A stretch of DNA of 64,000 bases. It comes from Clostridia bacterium. Lineage in GTDB: Bacteria > Bacillota > Clostridia > TANB77 > CAG-508. Made by a program: the position numbers and the translations under genes. This document shows positions 29,037 through 41,331 of this stretch, piece after piece (position 1 is the first letter of the stretch; every line of letters starts with the position of its first letter). Location: NCBI GenBank assembly GCA_017404025.1, contig JAFRDD010000141.1:19243-83242 (forward strand), in the 5' to 3' direction. The notes beneath the pieces were generated by a model. The model had not been told where the DNA came from and ran no database searches. It saw only the letters and a list, made by a program, of their open reading frames with translations.

Positions 29037-31496
29037 ATGAGAAAAAAACTATTAGCAAGTGCTTTAATTATGGTTTTGTTATCAGCAAATTTTATAGAAA
29101 TAGCTATAGCAAAAACAAGTGATTTTACAAGAGAAAAAAGAAATAAATTATTTAGTAATGTAAGTATAATTGACGATAATACTACTGTAGACAGCAAATA
29201 TGATGCAGTAAGTATTCCGGTACCATATGATAATATAACAATATGCGATTATGGAACAACTAACAAAAAAAGTTTACCTAAAATTACAGGTGATAGCCAA
29301 GAACCAGATGGATCAGGAGCTGTACAATTAGATGATAATGGAAAAAATGCAGAAGATCCTAAAGGATATACAAGTTCTTGGTGGGTAAAAGTCGACACAG
29401 AAAATGATGATGAACAATGGCTATATTGGAACTTAACACTTGATTCAGATTCAAGTGAAGGCAAAGAAAAAACAATTAACGATGTTGCAACAATTATATA
29501 TAAAGGCGGATTAGAATATAAAGGAAAAGTATATGATATTAGATTAGATATAGAAGAAATTTCTGCTGTATTAAGTCATCCAGATTCTTCAAATTATGAT
29601 TGTGCATCACCAGAAATACAATTTGCAGTTGGAAAAAGAGACTATCAATCAGGAAATTTAGCTGATATTGATACATATACTGGAGAAATTAATCCTCAAG
29701 TAGGAGTTAGACCATATAAAGGTTCTAATCAAAAAGCAAATATAAAAGTAAAATATTATGCTTTAGATGGAGATAAAGCAATTCCATTTGCAGGTGTATT
29801 TGGAATAACTGATATAGACCTAAACCAAGGTGTATATATTGAAGATTTTGAAGTATCAAAAGCAACAGCATTTATGTACCCAAGAAATACTGAAAATGGA
29901 ATCGGTATAGACAGAATGTATTATAACAACTTAAAAAATGGTGCATATATATATTATTACTATGGAAGCGATGCCAACTCTGCAAAAGCTGAAGATGGTG
30001 GAGATCGTACTGAACATGCTGATGTTTATGGATTGATAGATGCAAAAGATAGTATGGATTTAACATTCACATGGGATAGACTTAAAGCATATTCAAGTAT
30101 TATATTTATGAATGATGTTTTAAAAACAGCAGACTATAAAGTAGAACACTATTTTGAAAATGATAATGGAGAATATGAACATAATAAAATTTATGATGAA
30201 TTTGTATCAGGCAAACAAGTTGGAGATCCAGTAGAAGCTGATAAATTAAAAAATATACCAAATGGATATGCATATAATGCAGAATATACAAATAATCAAA
30301 CAAACAGTATGGGAACAAAACCAGCTAATAAAGGAATAGTACAATCAGATGGTTCATTAGTGTTAAAATTATATTACAATAAAAAAGCAATACCAGTAAC
30401 ACCAACACCAGTAACACCAACACCGGTAACACCAACACCAGTAACACCAACGCCAGTAACACCAACACCAGTGACACCAACACCAGTAACACCAACACCA
30501 GTAACACCAACACCAGTAACACCAACACCGGTAACACCAACACCAGTAACACCAACACCAGTAACACCAACACCAGTAACACCAACACCGGTAACACCAA
30601 CACCAGTAACACCAACGCCAGTGACACCAACACCGGTAACACCAGCACCAGAAACTGGAAAATATAAAGTTGAACATTATTTACAACAAGAGGATGGATC
30701 ATATAAATTAGAATTAACTGAACCAGAAAAAACAGCTAAAGTTGGCTCAGAAATAAAAAATAAATCTAGAGAATTCCCAGGATATTTAGAAAATATTACA
30801 CATAAAGATAGAGTAAATTCAGTTAAAATAATAAAAAATCAAACAGTAACATTAAAATATTTTTATGATATGGTTAAAAAACCAAAATACAGAATAGACA
30901 CAGAAGTTATAAACGGAACAATAGACCCTGATGTTACTGATATACCAGAAGGCAAGACAGAAGAAATAAAATACAACCCAAATGATGGATTTGAATTAAA
31001 ATCAATAACTGTTGATGGAGTAGAAGTAGATACTACAAAATATCCAATTAGCTATATTTTTAAGGATATAAACGCTAATCATAAAATCAAAGTTGTATAT
31101 GAAAAGAAAGAAAATCCACATACATATAGAATAGATACAGAAGTTATAAATGGAGATATAACACCTCCTATTAAAGAAATAGTAGAAGGAGATACAAAAA
31201 CAATAATTTATACTCCAAATCCTGGATATGTATTAAAATCAGTTACTGTAGATGGAGTAGAAGTGGATACAAATCAATATCCTAGTGCATATACATTCTC
31301 AAATATAAATCAAGATCATAGAATAAAAGTTGTATATGAAAAAGAAGAAAAACCAATAACACCAAAAGTAGAAGAACCACAAGCACCAACAATATTACCT
31401 AAAACAGGTATAAACAATACAATATTTATAGTAATATTAGGAGCTGCAGTAGCAGTTGCAATAATAACAGGAAGAAGATATTTTAAAATAAAATAA
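29037..31496 (+). CDS. Sortase-anchored surface protein (LPKTG): signal peptide, about 430-aa N-terminal domain, (PVTPT)n linker, MucBP-like domain and two Ig-like repeats
   Basis: Signal peptide MRKKLLASALIMVLLSANFIEIAIA. C-terminal LPKTG plus hydrophobic segment plus RRYFKIK. 30392-30650 encode about 17 PVTPT units. Confidence 0.8.
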   Translation: MRKKLLASALIMVLLSANFIEIAIAKTSDFTREKRNKLFSNVSIIDDNTTVDSKYDAVSIPVPYDNITICDYGTTNKKSLPKITGDSQEPDGSGAVQLDDNGKNAEDPKGYTSSWWVKVDTENDDEQWLYWNLTLDSDSSEGKEKTINDVATIIYKGGLEYKGKVYDIRLDIEEISAVLSHPDSSNYDCASPEIQFAVGKRDYQSGNLADIDTYTGEINPQVGVRPYKGSNQKANIKVKYYALDGDKAIPFAGVFGITDIDLNQGVYIEDFEVSKATAFMYPRNTENGIGIDRMYYNNLKNGAYIYYYYGSDANSAKAEDGGDRTEHADVYGLIDAKDSMDLTFTWDRLKAYSSIIFMNDVLKTADYKVEHYFENDNGEYEHNKIYDEFVSGKQVGDPVEADKLKNIPNGYAYNAEYTNNQTNSMGTKPANKGIVQSDGSLVLKLYYNKKAIPVTPTPVTPTPVTPTPVTPTPVTPTPVTPTPVTPTPVTPTPVTPTPVTPTPVTPTPVTPTPVTPTPVTPTPVTPTPVTPTPVTPAPETGKYKVEHYLQQEDGSYKLELTEPEKTAKVGSEIKNKSREFPGYLENITHKDRVNSVKIIKNQTVTLKYFYDMVKKPKYRIDTEVINGTIDPDVTDIPEGKTEEIKYNPNDGFELKSITVDGVEVDTTKYPISYIFKDINANHKIKVVYEKKENPHTYRIDTEVINGDITPPIKEIVEGDTKTIIYTPNPGYVLKSVTVDGVEVDTNQYPSAYTFSNINQDHRIKVVYEKEEKPITPKVEEPQAPTILPKTGINNTIFIVILGAAVAVAIITGRRYFKIK

Positions 31497-31686
31497 TATA
31501 CAGAAAAGAATAATCAGAACTTTTAAAGTTTTGGTTATTCTTTTTTGTTACTGATTGTTACAAAAATATTACAGAAAAATTACATTTTTGTAACAAAGAG
31601 GTTTTTGTATTGACTTTGTAAAATCGATTATATATAATAAATTATATAGTAGAATAATAAAAAAACTAAGGAGGAAATGTAAAAAA

Positions 31687-34050
31687 ATGAAAAACAAAAA
31701 AATTATATCAGGCATTTTAATAGCAATAATGCTTATTGCAAATTTTGCAGGGATAGTAGAAGCTGCTGCTCCTGGACTAGGTGGCTATAATAGAACAGGA
31801 AATAATACATTATATAGTGCAAATAATGTAACAACTTTTACAGAAGAAAATCCTGTAATGGTAGATGGTAAATATTCAGCTATTAGCAAAGCGGTACCAT
31901 ATTCACGAGTAAAAATATGTAACTATGGTAGTATGACTCAAGAAAAAAGTTTACCAGTTATTACAAATAAAGAGTATGACTTAAGTCAAAATGAGGAAAA
32001 ATTTATTTTTCTTGAAGATGACGGAAGTAATAAACAAGATTCAAAAGGATATAAAAATTCATGGTTTGTAAGAAATCCAGTGGATGATGGAAACACAACA
32101 CAAAATGGATTACAATATTTATACTGGAATTTGACGATTGATTCTAATTTAGACAATCACGAAAATGAAGAAGACAAAACAATTACAAATGTTGCTACAA
32201 TTGTGTATACTGATGCATTAGAATACAAGGGTAATACATATGATATTAGACTAGATATAGAAGAAATTTCTGCACATTTAAATCCAAAATCTACAAATGA
32301 TGCAAATCCTTCACCAGAAATTCAATTTCTTGTTGGAAGCAGACAATATTCTGACAGTAATGTAGGACAAACAAGTACATATACTGAAGGAATTAACCCT
32401 CAAATAGGAGTTAGACCATATTCAAATTCTAATCAAAAAGCTAATGTAAAAGTAAAATATTATGCAGTAAATGGCGATAATGTAATACCTTTTGCAGGTA
32501 TATTTGGAATAACAGATTTAGATTTAAATCAAGGTGTATTGATTGATGGATATTATGTTTCTAAAAACAAAACTTATATGCATGAAAAAAACAATGATAA
32601 TACAACAGCAATAGATAGAATATATTATGAAAATAAAAATAATGGTTCATATATATATTATTACAATGGTGATGATGCAGTAAATTCAAATCCAGCTCCA
32701 GCAGGAGATAATACTGCAGGTGGAAATGTATATGGATTAATGGATATACAAAATAGTATGAACCTAACATTCACATGGGACAGACTTAAAGCATATTCAA
32801 GTATTATATTTAAGGAAAATGCGGATGAAGGTATTAGATATGCAAGGTATACAGTGAAACATTATTTTGCTGATGATGACGGAAATTATGGTGATCCTGA
32901 TGAACAATATACTGAATACGGAAATGAAAAAGAAGTAGGAGAAGTTGTACAAGCATCTCCATTAAATCCAGTACCAAATGGTTATGAAGTTGATTCACAA
33001 TATATGGAAACTCATCCTAATGGTCAAGACACGGGAACTCCTACACCTCCATCATATCGAGGTGTAGTTCAAGAAGATAATTCATTGGTATTAAAATTAT
33101 ATTATAAGAAAAAAGCAATACCAGTAACACCAACACCAGTAACACCAACACCAGTAACGCCAACACCAGTAACACCAACACCAATAACACCAACACCAGT
33201 AACACCAACACCGGTAACACCAACACCAACGCCGGTAACACCAACACCAACACCGGTAACACCAACACCAACACCAGTGACACCAACACCAACACCAGTG
33301 ACACCAACACCAACACCGGTAACACCAACACCAACACCGGTAACACCAACACCAGTGACACCAATACCAACACCGGTAACACCAACACCAACACCAGTAA
33401 CACCAACACCAACACCAGTAACACCAACACCAAGAACAGCAAGAGGAAAATATAAAGTAGAACATTATTTACAACAAGAAGATGGAACATATAAACTAGA
33501 ATTAACTGAACCAGAAGTAGAAGAAAATGTTGATGTTGAGATAAAAGATAAATCAAAAGAATTTACAGGTTATACAGAAAATACTACACATAAAGATAGA
33601 GTAAATTCAGTTAAAATAATAAAAAATGAAACAGTAACATTAAAATATTTTTATGATAAAGTTAAAAATCCAAAATACAAAATAGACACAGAAGTTATAA
33701 ATGGAACTATAACACCTGATATTATTGAGATACCAGAAGGAGATACAAAAACAATAATATATAATCCAAATGACGGATATGTATTAAAATCAATAACTGT
33801 AGATGGTATAGATGTTGATTTAACTAAATACCCAAGTTCATATACATTTTCAAATATAAATAAAGACCATAAAATTAAGGTTGTGTATGAAAAAACAATA
33901 ACACCAAAAGTAGAAGACCCACAATCACCAACAATAATTCCAAAAACAGGTGTAAGCAATGTCTTATTCATGCTAATAATAGGAATTACAGCAGTAATTG
34001 CAATAATAACAGGGAAAAAATACTTTAAAATGAAAAATATAAATAAATAA
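31687..34050 (+). CDS. Sortase-anchored surface protein (IPKTG), paralogue of 29037..31496
   Basis: Shares N-domain motifs ([27 protein letters not shown]; [15 protein letters not shown]), the TP-linker, the MucBP-like segment and the anchor. Confidence 0.8.
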   Translation: MKNKKIISGILIAIMLIANFAGIVEAAAPGLGGYNRTGNNTLYSANNVTTFTEENPVMVDGKYSAISKAVPYSRVKICNYGSMTQEKSLPVITNKEYDLSQNEEKFIFLEDDGSNKQDSKGYKNSWFVRNPVDDGNTTQNGLQYLYWNLTIDSNLDNHENEEDKTITNVATIVYTDALEYKGNTYDIRLDIEEISAHLNPKSTNDANPSPEIQFLVGSRQYSDSNVGQTSTYTEGINPQIGVRPYSNSNQKANVKVKYYAVNGDNVIPFAGIFGITDLDLNQGVLIDGYYVSKNKTYMHEKNNDNTTAIDRIYYENKNNGSYIYYYNGDDAVNSNPAPAGDNTAGGNVYGLMDIQNSMNLTFTWDRLKAYSSIIFKENADEGIRYARYTVKHYFADDDGNYGDPDEQYTEYGNEKEVGEVVQASPLNPVPNGYEVDSQYMETHPNGQDTGTPTPPSYRGVVQEDNSLVLKLYYKKKAIPVTPTPVTPTPVTPTPVTPTPITPTPVTPTPVTPTPTPVTPTPTPVTPTPTPVTPTPTPVTPTPTPVTPTPTPVTPTPVTPIPTPVTPTPTPVTPTPTPVTPTPRTARGKYKVEHYLQQEDGTYKLELTEPEVEENVDVEIKDKSKEFTGYTENTTHKDRVNSVKIIKNETVTLKYFYDKVKNPKYKIDTEVINGTITPDIIEIPEGDTKTIIYNPNDGYVLKSITVDGIDVDLTKYPSSYTFSNINKDHKIKVVYEKTITPKVEDPQSPTIIPKTGVSNVLFMLIIGITAVIAIITGKKYFKMKNINK

Positions 34051-34258
34051 AAATTGAGAATAATTAGGATGCTTAGCATCTTAATTATTCTTTTTTTATA
34101 TTAGAAAATTACTGCAATACGTGTATAAATTTGAAAGAATATTAAAATATTGAAATTTTTAAATTTATATGCTAAAATGATGCATGTAGATAAATATTGC
34201 TGTGTGCAATATAGTTTAACTAATATGCTAACTAGTATAAGGTGAGGAGTGTTGAAGG

Positions 34259-35752
34259 ATGTATGCTTATTTACAAATGCAGTTGCTCTCTGTTTTTATG
34301 ATGATAATGTTTATACTTAATCCGTGTAGTAACTTTTTTAAAGTGCGGACAATGGAAATAGCAAACTTAGCATCGATTTATAAGAGTGACACAACAACAG
34401 CCGTTGCAAATGCAACAGAAACAAAGTTGAAATTCAATGTAACTGACAGACAGTTTGGAGCTATTGGAAATGACAAAAAGGATGACCGAGAGGCAATTCA
34501 AATGGCACTGAACAAGGCAAAAGAAGAATTGATTAACAAAAGAAAAAGGACGGTTGAAGTATATATCCCAGAAGGTACATATTATATTAGTGATATACTC
34601 TATATTTATTCTAATACTAGATTAATATTAGATGATAACACTTATATAATTGCTGGGATGAAAAAGAACAAATTTTCAAACGATGTAATTAAGGCAAAAC
34701 ATTTAAACAGTCAAAATCAAAAGTGTGAGACAAGATTTTGCTCACATGAAGGTTATTCACAATGGAAAAATATCTATATAGAAGGGGGAATATGGAACTG
34801 TAATAACGCAGACGATTCAACAAAAGACATGATAGGAGCGTTTTTGTTTAGACATGGAGAAGGATTGACACTGAAAAATTTAACAATTGAGAATAGTTCA
34901 GGACATACTATAAATGTTTCTGCAACAAAGAATGTCATAATTGATGGAGTTACAATTAGAAATTCAAGAAAGTCGAACAAGAAGGGTTTTTTAGTTGAAT
35001 CTATACATCTAGATTCGGCAGGAATCGGCGAAAAACAAGCATACCCCGTAGATGGAACTCCAATAAAAAATATAATTATTCAAAACTGCATTTTCGATAA
35101 TGTATACACAGCAATCGGAAATCATTCTATATATAGGAAAGAAGACGGGTGCGTTTTAACAAATAATGTAATAATTCAAAACAACTTATTTAACAATATA
35201 AAATATTATGCTATCAATGCAATAGCATTTGAAAATATAACAATCAAAGGCAACGTTGCTAAAGGCATGAATATTGAAAATGATGGTAGAAAGGCATATG
35301 CTTTTCTATATACGAGAAATTGTACTGGAAGTAATGTTAATTTTTCTGTTACACCTTCTGCAAATGCAAATGTTGTTTTGAATTTTGAGTATCCCATAGT
35401 GGAATATAATTATAAAATGAGTGAAAGTGAAATGAAAAATAGATTATATTCTAATACTGCAATTCAGCCAAGTTATATTTTAGTTGAATATAACTCTAAT
35501 GGCGATAGGGAATGTGTTATACGAAAAAAAGTAAATATATCAATTGGTGATAATTCAAAAGATGGTTTTGTTTTACCTAAGAATACGTTCACTAAGGCAG
35601 GTTATAAATTTAAAAATTGGAAGGTCATCTTAGATGCGGAAAATGGTGAAAAGAAAGTTGGAAACTATTATCCAGGGCAATTTATTAGTACCAAAAATTT
35701 GGGATGGCACCATTTAAAATATAAAATATATGCATGCTGGCAAAAAAAATAA
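34259..35752 (+). CDS. Right-handed beta-helix (pectate-lyase-3/GH28-like) protein with a C-terminal Listeria-Bacteroides (Flg_new) repeat
   Basis: FGAIGNDKKDDREAIQMAL (PF12708-type start). Parallel beta-helix repeats NxxIxNxxF. C-terminal GYKFKNW...YKIYACW. Confidence 0.6.
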   Translation: MYAYLQMQLLSVFMMIMFILNPCSNFFKVRTMEIANLASIYKSDTTTAVANATETKLKFNVTDRQFGAIGNDKKDDREAIQMALNKAKEELINKRKRTVEVYIPEGTYYISDILYIYSNTRLILDDNTYIIAGMKKNKFSNDVIKAKHLNSQNQKCETRFCSHEGYSQWKNIYIEGGIWNCNNADDSTKDMIGAFLFRHGEGLTLKNLTIENSSGHTINVSATKNVIIDGVTIRNSRKSNKKGFLVESIHLDSAGIGEKQAYPVDGTPIKNIIIQNCIFDNVYTAIGNHSIYRKEDGCVLTNNVIIQNNLFNNIKYYAINAIAFENITIKGNVAKGMNIENDGRKAYAFLYTRNCTGSNVNFSVTPSANANVVLNFEYPIVEYNYKMSESEMKNRLYSNTAIQPSYILVEYNSNGDRECVIRKKVNISIGDNSKDGFVLPKNTFTKAGYKFKNWKVILDAENGEKKVGNYYPGQFISTKNLGWHHLKYKIYACWQKK

Positions 35753-35771
35753 AGTCGTTTGAAAATAATGA

Positions 35772-35806
35772 AGTAAGTAGGAACAGATTGTTTCTACTTA
35801 CTTTAT
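35772..35806 (+). terminator. Terminator hairpin GTAAGTAGgaacagattgtttCTACTTAC plus T-rich tail
   Basis: 8-bp perfect stem after the beta-helix gene. Confidence 0.5.
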
Positions 35807-35986
35807 TATTTCTAATATTAAATAGTTTTTTCTCAATTTTTTTAATTAATAAAAAAATATATTTGCAATATTACAATAATATTACAAAAATATTAAATTT
35901 GTATAACAAAATTAATATAATGTAGATTTTAAATATATTATATTTTATAATAAACTTAAATGTTATTAAAGGAGGAAAAAGAAAAA

Positions 35987-38900
35987 ATGAAAGTAAAAAA
36001 GCAAAAGAGCAAAAAGCAGAAAAGTAGTATGAAAAGTATCTCATTAATAGTTGTTGCTGTTGTATTATTAGTAACAATAATTGGACATTTTATAAATGCT
36101 GTTAATGCAGATACTGAAGATATGTTTTCTGGTGGTACAAGTATAACAAGTGGAACAACAACATTTACTAGAGAAAATGAGAATAATGTACTATCAGATG
36201 ATTGTACAGCATATTTTACAAATTCACAATTAACATCTGTTACAGGAAATTCTGATGGAAATACAGTAACCGATGGAATAAACAAGATAACTGTAAATAG
36301 TGGATCTTCAAAAAGTGGAATTGTAGCAAAATTTGATAAAGGTATTAATATTGGTAATACGAATTATGATTTATATATGCAAATAACAAAAGTAGAGTAC
36401 ACAATGACAAATGGAAGCTCTGATAGCGCAAAATTGATTATTACATCAGGAGAAGGAGGACCACAACTTAAAGTAGAAGGAATGAAAAATAATAATTCTA
36501 TACAGGGAATTTTAAGAGCAGATTGCAAATTTTATGCAAAAGATAGTGGAGAAAATAAAGTTCCATTTAAAGGACTAATAAGAGTTCAAAACATAGGCGC
36601 AAGAAAAGGAGCAAGAATTCTAAACTCTTCATTAGGAAAAATCTTTATTGAAGATGGCTGCTCTACAGAATTTAAAAATAGAATACAATATATTAAAGGA
36701 ACAAACGATTACTTTATATTCGACCCATTAACTCATGAACAAATGAGTAGTCATAATAATAATGGGAAATTTTCATCAGCTGACAAAGCAAATGTATATG
36801 TAGAAATGAAAAATAAAGTAACAGACTTAAGTACGCAATTCTATTTTAGACAAGATTCTGCGTTAAGAATTGGTCCTGCCAAAATGGTAAATTTAAATAA
36901 AGGATTTAAATCTAACGTAACAGGCTCAGCTAAAGAAGATTATTCAGGAGTAACTACTGAAAATATGGGGAAATGGAGTACAACAGGAGGTAACTTGCTA
37001 AATTCATTAGGAACTAATATTACTTCAGAACCTTATTATATTCCATATGAAAGTCGTGATTCATGGATTACTTCTAAAACTCCAACAGGAGTTGAATTGT
37101 ATAACTATAAAGGAACAACAGTTAAAACACCTACAAATGAAAGATGGACAGTAGGATTTTCTAGTACAGACAATAAAGATAATGCTCAAAGAATAAAAGA
37201 GAAGAGTTATAGTAACAGCAAGAACAAAATGACAATAAATGGAAATGATAATTCAAATTATAATGCATTTATAAGTAACCCAAACACTAATAATGCAGGT
37301 ATATATGTAAGAAAAGTTGATGGAAAATATTATTATTATTACAGTTTTCCTCTAACATCTAATAGTTCAATAGCTGATGTAGCAACAATAAAATATACAA
37401 ATGCAGCAAAAGTTAATGGAAAAGATGTAGATATATACATGGACGTAAACAATTTGAAAGTAACAAAAAATCCATATAAAAACGGAACAGGTTATTCTAG
37501 TGATAATGCAAGATTTGATCAAGTAATATTTTTCAATTGTTTAATTGGATATTCAGACAGTGCAACATATAATGCAAATAATATAACATATGTAAGACCA
37601 AGCTTTGGAATTGCTTGTTATAATCATTCATATTCTGATGGCGTAGAAAGAGCTAGATGGATAGGAGTTCCAAGCTTTGCAGACGTTAGTTATAGATTTG
37701 CTCCTGCAGGAACACAAAATTTTATAGATGTTAAAGGATGTCTATCACTTACAGATATAGACCATGGACAATCAATACAAATAAGAGATTTTAAAATAGA
37801 TAGAGATAATGTATTTTATGTAAGTGGAGATAATCTTAGTACAGATCACGTAAAATATAAAATATTTGATGATGGTTCTGGAACTTATTTTTATGATAAA
37901 TGTAGTGTTGAAAGTAATACAGATTGTAATTCAAAAGTATATGTTTTAGCTGGAACTCAAAGTTCAGATAATGGAGTGCCTATATTACGGAACTGTTCAA
38001 GCATTCCAAGGAAGATCTGCATATAATGGAATTTTATATAAGAAAACTGGAGGAGTTCAACCAACTTATAAAGTTACTACAGAAGTAATTCCTTTTGATG
38101 CAAGTATAAGCCCAGATAAAAATGATATAGTACCAGGTGGAAACTACACTGTACGTTATTCACCTCCACAAGCAGGAGAATGGACTTTAGATAGTATAGA
38201 AATTACAAAAGGAGATGAAGATTCATCTCAAAGCCTTAATGTTAGAAATTATCCTAGTTTGTATAAATTTACAAATATAAATGACAATTATCATATTAAG
38301 GTAGAATACAAAAGAAAAGTTTACGCCAGAGTCCACTGGATGAGTACAGTTGATAATTCTGAATTAGGAAAAACTACTGTATTTGAAGCAGAAGGAGTTT
38401 TAGCTGGCCAAAATTATAATATTTTAGAAAAGAATACAAGTATAGCTAAAGCAGGTAGCGGTTATGTGCAGAATGCTGTACATAATGGAATAATGACACA
38501 ACAACAAGCAGAGGCTTTACTAAATGATTATGAGTACAGTGAATCTGCAACTTTGGAACATAGACAATATTCAGGTACAATTGCAGATGATAATTCTAGC
38601 ACTAGTCCATTAGAACTATATACATATTTTGATCCAGCTACTACTACAACACCAGCATATTATAAAGTAAAATGTTTGGATACAGAAACAAATGAAGTAT
38701 TAGGAACATCTGATATAAAGACTGGAATAGTAGGCAGGGAAATCGATGTAATAGGATATGATTGGCAAGATACAGGACCTCTTGGATATTTTGGAATTAA
38801 TAGTGAGTTTGTAACAAAAGTATATAATCAAGAATATATCTATAATTACAATAAAACAAAAAGTGCCGGTCATTATGATGGAACTTTAGATGAAACACAC

Positions 38901-41117
38901 ACAGAAAATTCTCCATTAGAGTTAATTGTATATTATGATTATAATAATATGTGTAAATATTCAGTTTGTTATTATAGAGATGGAGAACATATAGAAGCAT
39001 TAGATATAACTGATGTTGAAGTAAAACCAGGTACTACTGTAAAACCAGAAACAAGTGTAGAAGAATCACCATTAGATAATTATTTATCAGAATGTGTATT
39101 TGATTATGTTGTAGTTGCAGGAGAGGGAAATGGTGTAGTACTCCCATCATATAATATTAATGATGTAGAACATGAAATAAATACAGATGGAACAGTAATA
39201 CATATATATTACAAAACAGATAAAATTCCTTATTCAGTTTCTTATTATAAAAATAATGAACATATCGCGGCATTAGATAAAACTATTACAGTACAAAGAG
39301 GAACTACAGCGAGCCCAGAAACAGATGTAACAAATGATGAATTAAAAAACTATTTATCAGATTGTTTATTTAAAAATGTAAAAGTTCTTGAAGGCGATAC
39401 TACAAAGAAACAATCAACAAATGAAGATGATGCATATTATGCAATTAATGTAGAAGGAATTGAAATACAATTATATTATGAAGATTATGTAGATTTATCT
39501 TATACAATTGAACATTATTTCGTAAATGATAATGGAGAATATGGGGAACCAGATGAACAATATACTGAAGTCAAAGAAGGAGAGCAAGAAGGACAAGAAG
39601 TGGAAGCGGGAGTATTATTAAATATTCCAGAAGGATATGAAGAAGATACTGAATATATTAGAAATCATGTTAATGGACAAAAAGATGGAAATGGGACTAC
39701 ACCATCAAATCAAGGATTAGTTCAAAAGGATGGCTCTTTAGTATTAAAATTATACTATAAGAAAAAAGCAATACCAGTAACACCAACACCAACGCCAGTA
39801 ACACCAACACCAACACCGGTAACACCAACACCAACGCCAGTAACGCCAACACCAACACCGGTAACACCAACACCAACGCCGGTAACACCAACACCAGTGA
39901 CGCCAACTCCAACACCGGTAACACCAACACCAACGCCGGTAACACCAACACCAACACCAGTGACGCCAACTCCAACACCGGTAACACCAACTCCAACGCC
40001 GGTAACACCAACACCAACAATAGCAAAATATAAAGTAGAACATTATAAACAAAAAGAAGATGGAACATATCCAGATACACCAGATGACACTGATGATAAT
40101 TTAAGTGGAATAATAAATAGCACAGTAACAGGAACACCAAGAACAGATTATGATGGATATAAATATAATGATGAAAAAAGTAGTTCAACAAAATCTGGTA
40201 TAGTAAAATCAGATGGAACGCTAGTATTAAAATTATATTATGATATAAATAAAGCAAATTATAAAGTAGAATATTATTGGCAACAAGATAATGAAAATTA
40301 TGAACTACATGAATTTTTAGATAATCAAGAAGGAATTGTAGATAGGTTAGTAACAGCAGTAATAAAATCATATATTGAAGAGGGCTACACATATAATCAA
40401 GGAAAAAGCCAAAATACAATTTCTGGAATTGTAAAAGCAGATAATTCATTAGTACTAAAAGTATATTATGATAAAATTCCAGAAGATCCAAAAGTATATA
40501 AAATATCAACAAGTGTAATTAATGGAACAATTAAGCCTGATCCAGGTAAAGAAAATATACTAGAGGGGACAACAGAAAAAGTAACATATAGTCCGAAACC
40601 AGGTTACAAATTACAAAGAATAATTGTAGATGGTGAAGACAAAGATATAAAACAATATCCAGATGAATATACATTTGCAAATATCAATCAAGATCATACA
40701 ATTCAAGTAATTTATGAAGAAATAAAACACAGGGTAACGTTTGATCCAAGAAATGATACAACTATACCAACACAAATTGTGAGACATGAAGAACTTGCAG
40801 TAGAACCACAAAAACCTGTAAAAGAAGGCTATAAATTTGAATATTGGTATTATATAGATGAAAATGGAAATGAGGCAGTATATGATTTTAACACAAAAGT
40901 AACAAGAGATTATGACTTAATTGCAAAATGGACACCATTACCAAAGCAAGACCCAGAGCCTGATAAACCGGAACCAATAATACCAAAACAAGCTCCAGAA
41001 GTTATACCAAAAGCAGGTGCTAATAAAACTATATTTGCTATAATTATAGGAGTTGCTTTAATAATTGTTATTGCAATTGGAAAGAAATACATAAGTTTGA
41101 AAAAAGATTTGAAATAA
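35987..41117 (+). CDS. Sortase-anchored adhesin (IPKAG), about 1710 aa if read through. Split into two ORFs by a 1-nt insertion at nt 37988 (tta-C-gga). The first part has the signal peptide; the second has the TP-linker, MucBP-like and Flg_new domains and the anchor.
   Basis: The 688-aa ORF (signal peptide, no anchor) overlaps the 1048-aa ORF (no signal peptide, IPKAG anchor). Removing the C gives a continuous ...NGVPILGTVQAFQGRSAYNG... Confidence 0.65.
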
Positions 41118-41331
41118 TTAAATATAAAATTGTAGAAGAAGTAGAAAGTGCAAAAAATTTTCTGCTTCTTTTTGTATATTATTAAGAAAAAAGTGACTAA
41201 TTTAAAATAGTTATAATATTACAAAAATATTACAAATATATTACATTTGTTTTACAAATATGAATATTTATAGATTTTTTATATCTAATATTTTATAATA
41301 AAATTAAGTGATATTATAGGGGGTAAAAACA

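Noticed and set aside
30325-30702. Minus-strand ORFs full of L/V or W/C/Y (30325-30702, 30369-30677, 33041-33556, 33097-33465, 39697-40512, 39750-40052, 48828-49415, 49012-49290)
   Set aside because: They are reverse-frame readings of the (PVTPT)n linker repeats inside the adhesin genes. The repetitive low-complexity DNA merely lacks stops. They have no RBS and are fully contained in well-supported + strand genes.
34259-34351. Suspected extra C in gtgCggacaatgg (34342) of the beta-helix gene, by analogy with the five C-before-GGA frameshifts
   Set aside because: The frame is continuous on both sides with the C present, and removing it introduces stops. This CGG is native.
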